Below are positions 1 through 12,543 of a stretch of 64,000 bases of DNA, piece by piece. Location: assembly GCA_964016885.1 (NCBI GenBank), contig OZ024741.1, positions 30,008,001 to 30,072,000 on the forward strand, given 5' to 3'. This DNA is from Eledone cirrhosa (Eukaryota). Numbering within the stretch: position 1 is the stretch's first letter; every line of letters starts with the position of its first letter. The notes below the pieces were generated by a model. It was given only the letters and a program-made list of their open reading frames with translations, was not told the origin of the DNA and searched no databases. Position numbers and translations under genes: made by a program.

Positions 1-90
1 CTTGTTGGATGGTATGTAAGCTTTTGTATATGTACGTGTGTGTATGTGTGCAAATGATCAGATCCAACTTTATATATATATATATATATA

Positions 91-470
91 TACAATATAT
101 TAATAAATGGAATCTATATTTATAAAACCATATTTATTTTATTTTACATATTTTAAGGGCAACCAAGGCAGATTATGGTGCGCTTTCATCAGATAAAATA
201 CAGATTTGTTTCATAAATAAATATTGACATACATGGAAAAAAACAACCTTAACGGTTGGAGCTTACTGGAAAGTGGAGATAGTACATTTATTGAGGGTAA
301 TACAAAGTTATGAGGGAGTATGCAAATAAAATAAATATGGTTTTCTAAATATAGTTTCCATTTATTAATATATTGTGTATTTACTCCACTAAACTGGTGA
401 GTGCTTTATATCAGTTATACAAAATTTTAAGCTTGTTGAATCCCAACAAATTAAATATAACCTCTGTATA
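91..470. mobile_element. Short fold-back insert in (TA)n, PLE-terminus-like, with degenerate hammerhead on minus strand
   Basis: 91-150 is the reverse complement of 319-376. The minus strand at ~143-198 reads ttttat-CTGATGA-aagcgcacc...ggttgccctt-AAAA (GAAA mutated)-tatgta-aaataaaa. Confidence 0.6.
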
Positions 471-552
471 TACATATATATATATATATGTCCCAAGGCT
501 CTGATACCATCAACACTATACACACAGAGCTGGCATATCTAAGAACTGACTA

Positions 553-608
553 ACTGCCTGACGAGATCATAGCCATTCAATGGCTATCATCGAAATATAT
601 ATACCAGT
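553..608 (+). ncRNA. Minimal type I hammerhead-ribozyme-like motif
   Basis: actg(c)-CTGACGA(558-564)-gatcatagcca/ttcaa/tggctatcatc (stem II)-GAAA(592-595)-tatatata (palindromic)-ccagt. This matches the layout of PLE-associated minimal hammerheads. Confidence 0.7.
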
Positions 609-802
609 AAATAAAGGATTATGAGTTCATGCAATTGATTTATGTTTCGTCACTATATATATCAAGTAAAAATATTTTCGAAACAGCAAGTGGGTTTGAA
701 ATTATTAGAAATGTAAGCTATCGCCGTATTTTGACTAAATAAATTAAAGAAAGTATTTAGCCTGATAGTGGGGTTAAGAACCCTCGGAGAAATGGAAAAA
801 GA

Positions 803-995
803 TGACGATAGCTAATAAGCTTGAAACTAGTACAGCGTTTCTTTGTCAGTGTTGAACAAATGAGCAACAATGGTTGCTAGACACTGTACGGCTTAATTCG
901 GGATGTTTGTTTACAAACACACCGAGCATTATAATAAATGTTCGGTGAATCCATACGTACATATATATATATGTGTGCATGTATGTATATATATG

Positions 996-1069
<74 letters not shown>

Positions 1070-1559
1070 CTACTGTACGTCTGTATACATATATGTATGT
1101 ACGTATATATTTAAGTAACAGCCGTACTAAGTGTGAGAAATGAAATTTCGTTTCATTTTTTACGCTTATCGTTTTCGGTACCCCGGCCGATTAACTCACT
1201 CGATATGCAAATTAGGCTTCTCAGCCGTTAATATGCTTAAGGAACGTATATACTTTCAGACGTTCAACCATCTTGCAGGAAGGTATACGTTGCTGACGAT
1301 AGCTAATAAGCTTGGAACTAGTACAGCGTTCCTTTGTCAGTGTTGAACAAATGAGCAACGATGGTTGCTAGACACTGTACGGCTTAATTCGGGATGTTTG
1401 TTTACAAACACACCGAGCATTATAATAAATGTTCGGTGAATCCATACGTACATATATATATATATATATGTGTGTGCATGTATGTATATATATATATATA
1501 TATAAAATATACATACTACTGTACGTCTGTATACATATATGTATGTACTTATACATACT

Positions 1560-1560
<1 letters not shown>
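803..1560 (+). mobile_element. Head-to-tail ~491-bp non-coding unit (about 1.5 copies) carrying a minimal hammerhead; retrozyme-like
   Basis: gatagctaataagctt occurs at 807 and 1298, each followed by the same ~250 nt. Hammerhead at 1287-1329: acgttg-CTGACGA-tagctaataagctt-G(G/A)AA-ctagta-cagcgt. Confidence 0.7.
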
Positions 1561-1589
<29 letters not shown>

Positions 1590-1592
<3 letters not shown>

Positions 1593-1730
1593 AAGAAAGT
1601 GTGGTAAGGAACTAGCTGGACCATAACGTACCAGAGTACTCGATACTTAGGATAGTAGAGAGGGTAATAGGAAAAGAGTCAGGACCCCGATGGCTGAGCC
1701 TGGCGTCGGGGTCCTGACTCTTTTCCCATA
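1590..1730 (-). mobile_element. Ultra-short hairpin insert (family shared with 37306-37492 and 52708-52840)
   Basis: Arms 1670-1690 and 1706-1726 are perfect reverse complements. The tail gagtactcgatacttaggatagtagag is shared with the other two copies. Confidence 0.75.
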
Positions 1731-1734
1731 AATA

Positions 1735-1889
1735 TGGTGTTAGGAAGGGCATTCAGCTTCATAAAACCGGCCAGAGACACTTCTGTACGAGCGAGACACG
1801 CCCTCCCGACTATTCCCGCATCAAATGGAACAAAACCGTTTAACCTATGCTAGCGTGGAAGATGGACGTTAAATGATGATGACGATGAT
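1735..1889 (+). mobile_element. 3' end of RTE-clade LINE with (GAT)n tail
   Basis: ggtgttaggaagggcat...gcgtggaagatggacgttaaatgatgat matches the 3' ends at 14570-14730 and 33550-33707. Confidence 0.75.
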
Positions 1890-1891
1890 AT

Positions 1892-1945
<54 letters not shown>

Positions 1946-1949
<4 letters not shown>

Positions 1950-4116
1950 TAGTGCAAATTTATACGGGACCAAAACAGAGAGGCAGACAAATAAAGGTTT
2001 ATTAGGTTCACGCTTTTGCGAGTGGGGGGGGGGGGGACGTTTCGGGCATAAGACCTTCTTCAGGAGTAAATAGGAAAAGACTTCAGAGGGTGTGTGGAAA
2101 TACATTTAGAAAAAAGGGGGAATAACAAATAAAAATTAAATTAAACGTAAAAATAAACACAAGAATAAACAATAAGATGGACAAGTAGTGGAAGAGTGTG
2201 AGGCGTGTAAGGGTGGTGGCGGGTGGAGTTGGGAGAGGGAGGCGGGGGTCGAAGTGAGGAAGGCTGCAGGTGGTGTTTGTGTATGTGTGCAGGTGTACAT
2301 GAGTGTGTGTGCGTGTGTATGTGAGAGTTTGATGAAGAACGAGGTTCCATGTTCAGGAAAAGGTGTGTGCGTGATGTGGGGTGTAAGTTGGTGTGTGCGT
2401 GCGTGTGGAAGCAGAGGGGTGAGGGAGTGGGAGTGGTGGCGTGTGGATTCCGGAGATGGTGTATATGTGGGGGTACGCACGTGTGTGGTTGTGTTTATAG
2501 GTGGTGTGGATGTGGGTGGCGTGGTGCGAAAAAAATGTGTGAGTGTATGTTTGTGGGTAAGGTCCGAGGTAGTTCCGTCGGATGTGTGAAGCGGGGCTGG
2601 ATATCTTTTAAGATATGGAGTGGATGGTTGGAGAGATGACTGAAGGTGTAGAATCTAATGTTGGTGGTGGTCGGAAGTGGAGGGAAGTGGGGTGCGCGCG
2701 CAACAGGATGTGGTCAGGGGGTCAAGAGATAGCAGTAGAGTGGGATGACAGGTGGAGTGAGGTGAGGAATGTGTGTGTGTCTGTGTGCGCGAAGGTGCGG
2801 TGGATAGTGGAGAGGATGCGTAGGTGTGAAGGGTGGGGGGAGGTGGTAAATTGGGGCGATGGGGTGTCTATTAGTAGAGGTGTTAGAGGGATGTGTGTCC
2901 ATGAAGGGGTGTGGGTGGAGCGTGGAGAGAGAGAGAGGCAGAGAAGAGGTGCTGGGGACGGAGGCGACAGTGTAGTGTACTGGTGTGTGCGTGCGTGTTT
3001 GGATTAGTGTGTGTGTGGTAAAGGGAGTGTTATGGGTATTAGTATTACGTGTGGTGAGGAAAGGGTGGAAAGCGTGTGTGTAAGTGGGGTTTTAGTGGTG
3101 GTTGGGTGTGAGGAGTGGGGTGTTAGTGGTGGTTGGGTGTGAGGAGTGGGTGGTGTACATAGGTGTGGGTGCGTGTGTGTGTGATGGTGTGTGTTCATGT
3201 GCGTGGGGTCGGGGGAAGGTTAGTGATGTTAGTTGTGGGGTCGTCGGAGTGGATGGATGGGTGAGGGTTAGTGGTGGTAGTAGGTTGTGTGGATAGTGTG
3301 AGTGCGTATATATATATTCAGGTGGGTGTGTACGTGTTAGCGGGAGGGGTGTGGATGTTAGTATAGTTAGTTGTGGGATGGGACAAGGAGGGGGGGGGGG
3401 GTAAAGGGGGAAGTGTGATATAGGTGTTAGTGGGGAAAGGGTGGATGGTGGGTGGGGAGTCGAAGTCTAACGGAATTGGGTGGGGAATTCAGGCCGGGGG
3501 TATGTGGGTCTGGAGGGTGAAGATGGTGCGTTGTTCGACCGTGAGGAGGGTGGCGGGTGTTCCATGGCATTGGAGAAGGCCGCAGACTGTGAGGTGGTGG
3601 GCGGAATGTCCAGGGGAGCGAAAGTGGCGGGCGATCGGGGAACTCCCGCCGAGGCGAATATCACGGAGGTGTTCCGTGAAACGGTCCGCCATGACGTCCA
3701 GTCTGTCCGACGTAGGTTGCGCTGCACTCCAAGCAGCGGAGTCCATAGACTAGGTTGGAGGAGGTGCAGCAGAAGGCGGGCCGGACGGCGAGAGAGTGGC
3801 CGTTGGAAGGTGATGGTGTTGGTGATGTAGGTGTAGGTGTGGCAACGGGGCCTGAATCAGGGAAGTGAACCGGGGGGGGGGAGAAGAGCGTGGGTTGTGG
3901 GGCAGGGTGATGTGGACGAGGAGAGTGCGCAGATTGCGTCCGCGCTTGAAGGAGGGGAGGGGTACGGAGGGAAAGATGGGGGAAGTGGAAGGGTCGACAG
4001 GAGGCATCGGAAGAGGTGAGGGTGGTGTGGTGGAGGGGTAGGGTGGAGTGGTGGTGGGTGATGGGGAAGGGGAGACGGTGGGTGGGTGTACGGTAGCGTG
4101 GGGTGAGGGCGGTGGA
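1946..4116 (-). mobile_element. 5'-truncated Penelope-like element (GIY-YIG fragment, long C-rich 3' UTR, terminal hammerhead-like motif)
   Basis: Frameshifted peptides FCCTSSNLVYGLRCLECSATYVGQTGR / DRFTEHLRDIR..SPIARHFRSPGHS..EQRTIFTLQT at 3467-4116. CTGAAGA-aggtcttatgccc-GAAA-cgtc at ~2036-2066. Confidence 0.85.
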
Positions 4117-4131
4117 TATATATATATATAT

Positions 4132-4305
4132 GCTTGTCGCCTTAAAGTTTACCATCATTCCGTTGGTATACCTGGATTGTGCAATTTACACCTGAAGATG
4201 TCACCGGGTTCTTACGCAACCTGGCCACTGAAATGTGCTTAATGTTTGCAGAATAAATAATTAAAGAAATTCAACATATTTGGCCTCCTGTCATTTTATT
4301 TTATA
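4132..4305 (+). mobile_element. Short insert with hammerhead-like motif between (TA)n tracts
   Basis: CTGAAGA (4192-4198), stem ccgggtt/aacctgg, GAAA (4230-4233), then AATAAA and a ggcctcc..ttttatt tail like the one at 27160-27215. Confidence 0.5.
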
Positions 4306-4330
4306 ATATATACATACATATAATATTACA

Positions 4331-4550
4331 TATAATAAATGTAATCTGAGTTTTTCGAATATTAATAATAATATTCGATTCGTTTGCAATTATGCAAACA
4401 AACCTCATTTTTTAAAGCCATAAAAACATGGCTATAAAAATGCGGCTTGATTGCATAACTGCAAACGAATCGAATATTATTATTAATATTCTAAAAACTC
4501 AGATTATATTTATTGTATTCAGCCATGTAGAACGAAAATGAAAAAAAAAA
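4331..4550. repeat. ~180-bp fold-back palindrome with unpaired tail
   Basis: aataaatgtaatctgag...agcca/taaaaaca/tggct...ctcagattatatttatt. The tail gtattcagccatgtag recurs at 52900-52945. Confidence 0.8.
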
Positions 4551-4596
4551 ATTTATAAATATATACATATATATATATATACATATGTGTGAATCC

Positions 4597-4692
<96 letters not shown>

Positions 4693-4742
4693 CTGTGTAT
4701 GTGTGTATATGTATGTGTGTATGTGTTTATGTGTGTGTGTGC

Positions 4743-4779
<37 letters not shown>

Positions 4780-5288
4780 AAAGGATTTGTCAGGAAGCCG
4801 GTTGACTCGCTGCTCAAGGTCATTGAACTGGCAGCAAAGGAAAGGATACGACTTTGAATGACACTCGGAGACAGCTGAGAAAGCGTGTCACTACAGCAGC
4901 CTGAAAAGGGAAGGAAAATTGTGTACTTGGTATAATGGGGTCGGGGTGGGGGAATGGAAATGTCATCTGAGTTGCAATACAAGGGGTTTATTTTCTATAT
5001 CGTTGGAAGGTCCTGGGCATCTCTGATCAGATCAGCCACACTTTCGGAAATGTTTATAACAAAGAATTGGCACAAACTGTGCCACAAATCCAGTGAACAA
5101 CTAACCTGATGGTCATTGATTCTTAAGAGTTCCTCCGCCTTTTGGGGGTTCTTCTTTTTCATCTTACAGGTTTTCCAAAAATCCCACTTCTTGTCAAGCA
5201 AACTTGGTCTGCTTGGCGGTGTAGTCGCCGAAACTCCAACCATGTGACAGGTTGTACCGAGTTACATGTTACCAGTAGCAACCTGACA

Positions 5289-5354
<66 letters not shown>

Positions 5355-5364
5355 CACACACACG

Positions 5365-5432
<68 letters not shown>

Positions 5433-5444
<12 letters not shown>

Positions 5445-6752
5445 AAACGGAAGATGTCTGTCTGTGTGTGTGTATGATTTTTATGCATTTCCACATTTCT
5501 TTGCCGATTTTGATAATTCTTTTTCCAATGTGCTCCAAATTAACAATGATGGTCAACGCGTAATAAACTTTGCCAAATATTTCCTGCTTCTATGCAAAAA
5601 TCTATAAAACTAAATACATGCTGTAATCCTCTCTCTTACAAGCTTATTCACCCTCTCTAATACTCAACAGCGACAAAACTTCGTTCAGGAACGCGACATA
5701 AACTTTGAAAACTAAGGAACCCATCATTTTATACAACAACAAACATAGTCATAACGCTCTCTTCGTCGCTCTTCCCTCTCTCTATAATAGATTATTCCCC
5801 TCTCTATAATTTAACTGCTTTACTCTCTCTGTCGCTCTTCACTGAAAACACTGTTTTACACACATCCCTATAGTTTCTTAGCTTTACTCTCTTCATCGCT
5901 CTTCCCTCTCTCTATAATAGATTATTCCCCATCTCTATACTTTAACTGCTGGGGGAGTCATTGGAGTTCCGTATTGACATACCGCTTTTCTGGGGTATTT
6001 TAAATCGGCTTATTGCAAATAACTACCTGCAACATAACACTTCATATAGCAGATTAATGCTATAGGCATATGAATCGGAATGTTTAAATTATTTATTTTT
6101 TACGACTTTCATTGGTTAAATATTAATATGACAACACCCATAGTGTTGTACTTCTGGCAATTCTGCTGAATACACTGCCAAGGATGAACCTTTTCCCATC
6201 AGCGTCAGATATCCCGTTCGATTTCCGGCGATCCAAATTCCCGGTGAGACCATGTTTTCCCATGTCCATTAACAAGTCACAAGGGTAAACATTGTCGGTG
6301 GCAGGCATCCATTTGGGGGAGCCATGCTTCTCCCATGGCCAACTTTATGTTGCCTGTTCCCGCGTAGGGAGCAGGAATGGACTTTTTGCTTACACTCCTC
6401 AAGGGATGACACGCAATATCGTCTACAAAGAGGTGCTATAGATGTTGGTGCAGGTGTTGGAGGTGTTGGGGCTATGTCGTCTGGAAAACTATTTCCTGGT
6501 AGGGTCACCCATTGCGGACCGATCTGAGACCCAGTGGCATCAGGGCCACCATCTTGCAAATTTGCTATTGGAAGATTATTAACCCATCATTGATTGTCCA
6601 AAATGCTAATTGGTTCGTAACTTTTTTAATAACCGGTTCAACTGCTTTATGCACTTAATTGATAAGCGTATTCGCTTTCAAGCCACGTTTACCTGTATGT
6701 AACTTTTCATAGCAAATAAACAAACCCGAGCAACGCCGGGATAAACTGCTAG
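5433..6752 (+). mobile_element. Non-autonomous Helitron-like element
   Basis: 3' hairpin cccgagcaacgccggg (6725-6740) followed by CTAG|T (6749-6752). 5' tatatataaaacggaagatgtctgtctgtgtg. Internal direct repeat ~5755-5820 / ~5885-5950. Confidence 0.7.
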
Positions 6753-6791
6753 TATATATATAAATATATAAAAAATATAAATATATAAAGA

Positions 6792-6870
<79 letters not shown>

Positions 6871-6902
6871 AGATCAAAAGATGGTTAAAGGAGTTCAATA
6901 TA

Positions 6903-6969
6903 TTTTATTATGCGCATTTCAAAAACAAACATCATCAAACAATAATATTTGTGTTTTCATCAGATAAAA
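6903..6969 (-). ncRNA. Minimal hammerhead ribozyme at PLE 3' end
   Basis: ttttat-CTGATGA-aaacacaaatatta..tgatgtttgttttt-GAAA-tgcgca (palindrome)-ta-ataaaa. Stem I is ttttat/ataaaa. Confidence 0.75.
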
Positions 6970-8250
6970 CAGGAGAACATGATATGAAGGCTAAAAAAAC
7001 ACTTGTTGATAGTGCAGTTTTAAATCAACATATGAAAAGTGGTTTTAGATTGATGTGTGATATTGGGAAAAATATTTTATTTAGAGAGGGGGGGAGAGAA
7101 AAGGATGAAAAGGGAAGGAGATGAGAGGGAGAGATGGGTGATAGAGAGAAAGAGATAGTTTTTATAACAGAGAGGAGATATATTTTATATAGAGGGGTTG
7201 AAAACCGTTGGAAGATACTGTATAAATTAAAAATTTTGAAAATTAACGAAGGGAGGATATGTGCGAGGAAAAAATATATTATATTTAGGGAGGGGTGGGG
7301 GTGGAAAGGATGAAAAAAAGGGGAGGAGATGAGAGTGAAGGTGGAAAGGGAGAGATGGGTGATAGAGAGAAAGAGATAGTTTTTATAACTGAGAAAAAGA
7401 TATAATGTTTTAATATAGAGAGGTTGGGAACCGTTGGAAGATAATGTATAAATTAAAGGAATTTGAAAATTAACGAAGGGAAATTATGTATGGAGATAGA
7501 GAGAAAAAAATAACGAAGGGAGATTATGTATGGAGATAGAGAGAAAAAAATAATAATTGTGGGTGAATATTCTAACGTCAAAAGGAGAAATGTAGGAATT
7601 TTAAAATTAGCAAAGAGAAAAAGTTTGTGTAGAAGGATTTGAGAAAAATAATGTGAAGTTAAAGTTTTTATATTGAATTCATATGTATTAATAATGAGTT
7701 CGTTGATGGGGAGAGAAAAATAATAATAAATTAAGGATGAAATTGAGATTAAAAAGATTTATGATAGAGAGAAAAAATAATAATGATTGCGGATGAATAC
7801 TCAAAATGTCAAAAACAAATGTTATTGTTTTACGAGGAGATATAATGAGGGTGATGAGTAAACGGGTATTATAGAGTGTATAATGCCCTTTAAAGTAAGG
7901 TAGATGGGTATATTTTAAAGAATGTATGAGTATATATTAAAAAAAAAATATATAATAATAAATTAAGGATGAAATTGAGATTAAAAAGATTTATGATAGA
8001 GGGAAAAAAAAAAAAAAAAAATAATAATGATTGCGGATGAATATTCGAAATGTCAAAAACAAATGTTATTGTTTTACGAGAAGATAGGATGAGGGAAAAG
8101 AGTAAACGAGTATTATAGAGTGTATAATGCCCTTTAAAGTAAGGTAGATGGGTATATTTTAAAGAGGTGCATGTATATTTTAAAGAGGTGCATGTATATT
8201 TTAAAGATGTGCCTTTGAGAAAAGATTCTAAATTGATAAAGAATTGAATA

Positions 8251-9447
8251 TTAACTGTATACTTTGTGAAAAGTTCTATGGAATTTATGCACGCAGATGG
8301 AAAACAAATCCGAGCGTCTATTTATTATGGATTCTAGGTTAGAGATAATGGTAAATTTTTCATTTAGGCAGAGATTACAGATTTTAGATAGAGAACTGTT
8401 CAAGTACGAGGATGCAGAAGAAATCTTTTTCCAAAAGATGTTATATTTAATGTTTTTGTCTTTTAAGGACCATATGAGTTCTGAGAGAGCAGTGTTAGTT
8501 CTTTTAAGTTTGTATTTGAAAGATGAATGATGATTATAGAGACGAGCTTTAAAAGAGGTGGAAGTGGAGCCAAAATAGGTGAAGGAATTGGTGCTAGTTA
8601 TAATTTTACATTCATAAATTAAGTTTTTATCGAGGCAATGGTTGTTGAGAGGACATTTATTTTTAATGCGGCAGTTGCAATTAGAGAGATTATTAATGAG
8701 TGATCTAGTGTTATCTATAGAAGGAATTGGATTGGAGAAGTTGTTTGCGATAGGAATAATAGGAATAATAGTTTCTTGATTTAGAGTTGGATTATAAACA
8801 TTTAGCGAAGTTGTGTTTGACGTTGCATTTGGGTTTACAGAAGTTAGCCTAGGGTTTACAATGACGTCAGGAGTACTATTATTGTTATTATGAGATTCAA
8901 TATTGGAAGGAAGAGATTTAGTATTTAATATTTTGTTGTTGTGTTTAGAAATGATGTTGGAAATATTGGAGGATGTAGAATACGAAAATTTGATGGTGTG
9001 TTTGTTAAATATTTTACTATAGATATGTGAGGGAGGGAAGCATTTATTTAAGGCACTAAAAAATAATTTAGGAATATTGTTATTAATAGAGATGGAGAAA
9101 GGAGCATTATACCAGATTATGTTTTTGTATCTAGGTCTTTTATTAAAATTATTGGAATGGTTATGATTAAATATTCTACTGTAAGTTTTCCTAGAATTTG
9201 TTTCTTTATTATATTTGATTTTATCTGGATAGCCGGCTTTAGAAAGTGCGTTATTATAGTAATTGGCGTTAGCATCAAAGATGTTTTTATTAGAAGATAT
9301 GTTAGATATTCTATTTCCAATATTATTAACTATAGCATTCTTGATATTGGTAGGATGGTTAGATTTAAAGTTAACATAATTAAGATTCTCATTGTTTTTA
9401 TGGTAAGGGTAATATAGGCCAGTGTCAAGATTAAGAGATACATCCAA
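8251..9447 (-). CDS. PLE polyprotein C-terminal part: RT thumb, Cys linker, GIY-YIG endonuclease (5'-truncated)
   Basis: FLDVSLNL..YYPYHK..YVNFKSNHP..RISNISS; IIWYNAPFS; CNCRIKNKCPLNNHCLDKNLIYECKI..YFGSTSTSFKARLYNH..CNLCLNEK. Open for 398 aa. Confidence 0.85.
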   Translation of the reverse strand: MDVSLNLDTGLYYPYHKNNENLNYVNFKSNHPTNIKNAIVNNIGNRISNISSNKNIFDANANYYNNALSKAGYPDKIKYNKETNSRKTYSRIFNHNHSNNFNKRPRYKNIIWYNAPFSISINNNIPKLFFSALNKCFPPSHIYSKIFNKHTIKFSYSTSSNISNIISKHNNKILNTKSLPSNIESHNNNNSTPDVIVNPRLTSVNPNATSNTTSLNVYNPTLNQETIIPIIPIANNFSNPIPSIDNTRSLINNLSNCNCRIKNKCPLNNHCLDKNLIYECKIITSTNSFTYFGSTSTSFKARLYNHHSSFKYKLKRTNTALSELIWSLKDKNIKYNIFWKKISSASSYLNSSLSKICNLCLNEKFTIISNLESIINRRSDLFSICVHKFHRTFHKVYS

Positions 9448-9502
9448 GAAATTAGCTAGTTTGGTACTATTGCTTTATTGTACTACAATAAAACTCACCT
9501 CC

Positions 9503-9542
<40 letters not shown>

Positions 9543-9552
<10 letters not shown>

Positions 9553-10014
9553 TAAACGGAATAGAAAATGCTGACAAATTGTTCACAGTTGAAAAATAGT
9601 TTAATTAGGAATAAAAGAGTATTAGTAATTGTATTGGTTAGTATTCAGGTGTGGTTTTAAGTTTTTACCGGTTGCGCATTTCTAAATGCTTTTCAAAAAT
9701 AATTTTGAGATAGAGCGTCCGTGTTGTTAGCTCTGATCTGATTAGTTTTGGGAATTCTACCTGTTTTTATGTTAAAAAAGTGGCTCCAGCGCTATTTGGT
9801 GTTGCAAAAATTCTTGTGGTCAAAACAATTTTGATTGGTCGGTAGAGGTCATGTGAATGTAAAAAATTGATTTTGCGCCAAGACTGAGAAATGACTCTTT
9901 CACAACAAATATGTGTGTGTGTAGTAGTAGTAAAGTGTTCGATGTTGTGGTAATGGTTAGCAGGGATGTGTGTGCGGACAGCAGCCTGTTGACAGTTGAA
10001 ATGGCTATTAAGAT

Positions 10015-10075
<61 letters not shown>

Positions 10076-10437
10076 GCAGAGTAATTCGTGGTAGCGGGAT
10101 GGTCAGTAGGAATGTGTCTGTAAGGAGTGGGGGGCATTTTAGCATGTGAAAAGATATTTTTCAGCTTTTGTCTTATACAGAGAAGTGTGTGTGTGTGTGT
10201 GTGTGTGTGTATAAATCTCTTTGTATGTTAATGTACGCGTGTGCATGTGTGTGTGTGTGTGTGTGTGAGAATGTGTGTGTGTGTGTGGGTGGACCAGTAT
10301 TTTTTCCTCCTGGTAAATTGGTGTACATTATTCGATATTTTCAGTAAAATCGATTCTCTCAATAGAACATCAAAAATCTTAACAATAAAAGGTGTGAAAT
10401 GATATTCACTATATATATATATATATACATATATTCA

Positions 10438-10499
<62 letters not shown>

Positions 10500-12543
10500 G
10501 TTGCACCATAGAACATATGTGTTTACGTATGTCATTGTGTTTATATGTGGGTAGAGATGTGTGATGATGTAGGTATGTATGTTGACGTGTGTATGTTGTG
10601 GGTTTGTCTTAGGGAGAGGTGTTTAGACGGGGTCCGTATTTGTTAATAAGTAAGATTCCTTGCTGATGCGCTGGGTGTGGGTGGCATTATCTTTAAATTT
10701 GTAGAGGGGAAAGATTCTGAAGTTGGGATGATTTGGGGCGGCACAGGTATCAATGTGTTCACTCAGTGGTATTTTCCTGTATTACCGTATTTTAATTTGG
10801 GATCTATGGACAGTCATGCGTTGGCGGAGGCTGTTTTTGGTCTGGCCTATGTATTGTTCTCGACAACCTGAGGAAGTTAATACATATATTAGATTTTCCG
10901 ATGCACATGTGAAATTGTGTTTTACTATAAAACGTTGTCCTTCTTTGAAATAGAATTCCGAACCCTCTATTAGGTTGATGCAAATGCCACAGTTGGGTCT
11001 ATCGCATTTTTTTACTGTGGGTTTCGTTGTTGTGGTTGGCAGTACTTTGGCATGTGTTACGATGTTTTTCATTGACTTAGATTGTCTTCTGCTCTTTATG
11101 ATATCGTGTATTCGTAGAATTTGGTTCATTCTATGGTCCTTTTTCAACATAGGGATGTTCTGGAGGATGGTGTCAAAGGCCTCATTGTTGAGGGGGTTGT
11201 GTGTGGAGATGTATGGAAGAGCTTTTAGTTTCGGTTGATTTACTTTAGGGTGTCTAAGGTCCTGGGTACTGAGTTTTAGGGCACGTTGGATTCCATTGTC
11301 AATTAGTGATGCAGGGTAGTCCCTGCCTATGAGTGTGTCCTTTAGTTCTTGTAGCCGTAAGTGGCAGGTGTTTTTTATTGGAGACTATAGTACAGATTCT
11401 CTTGGTTAAGTTGTAGGGAATATTAATTTTAATGTGTCTAGGGTGGCAAGAGTTCAAAGGGAGATATTGCTTGGAGTCTGTGGGCTTGTAGTATATGTCT
11501 GTTTCTATTTGTTTGTTATGGATCTTAATGAGGATGTCGAGCAAGGGGAGTTGTTGATGTCTGTATTCCATGGTGAAGTTAATATTCGTGTTGAGCCCAT
11601 TTATAAGGGTGTGAAATTCTTTAAGTTTTTCGAAGTTTTCGTGCCGAAGGATGAAGCAGTCATCTAGATATCGCTTCCAGTTCCTTTTACTGTGTAAGTG
11701 GGGAGTGTTTCCAAATTTGTTTAGGACTTTAGTGTAGAGGGTGATTTCCAGGTATCCCATGACTAGGTTGGCATAAGTGGGGGCTGTTTTCGTTCCCATA
11801 GCGGTCCCAGATTTCTGCCTGTAGGGTTTGTTATTGAAAACGAAGTAATTGTTCTCCAAGATAAATTTGAGTCCCTCTATCACGAATTCTTTTTTGATGC
11901 GTTGTGGGAGTTCATTGTGGTAATTATCCAGCCAGAATTGGATAGCTTCTATTCCTAGGTTGTGGGGGATGTTGGAGTATAGGTTGACTACATCGAACGT
12001 CACTAGTAGGGTTTGTTCAGAAAGTGGCATATTAGGGAGGTGATTGAGCATATCTAGGTCGTCCCTTATATAGCTTTTGATGTGTTTGAGAAAGGGCTTG
12101 AGTAGGGTAACAATGAAGTTGCTAAGGCGGTGGGTTTCGCAAGTGGGGCCTGCTATTATAGGTTTTAATTTGAGATCATTGGGTGAGGGGACATTGATGA
12201 CTATGTCTGTGGCTTCCTTGCATGCCTTACTTATTAATTCGCTTTTATGTACTTTAGGGATACCGTAGAAAAGGCTGGATTTACTTGTAGAATTACAGGT
12301 AGAATTCCCAAAACTAATCAGATCAGAGCTAACAACACGGACGCTCTATCTCAAAATTATTTTTGAAAAGCATTTAGAAATGCGCAACCGGTAAAAACTT
12401 AAAACCACAACTGAATACTAACCAATACAATTACTAATACTCTTTTATTCCTAATTAAACTATTTTTCAACTGTGAACAATTTGTCAGCATTTTCTATTC
12501 CGTTTACCAATATATAATAACTTGTGTTACACCTCTATTCTTT

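Larger units (their letters stand above)
6868..9505 (-). mobile_element. 5'-truncated Penelope-like element with long AT-rich, internally duplicated 3' UTR
   Basis: Contains the RT C-terminal plus GIY-YIG ORF at 8251-9447 and a terminal hammerhead at 6903-6969. Flanked by (TA)n. Confidence 0.85.

Noticed and set aside
2136-3300. V/G/W/C-rich and H/T/P-rich ORFs
   Set aside because: Low-complexity PLE 3' UTR with few stop codons.
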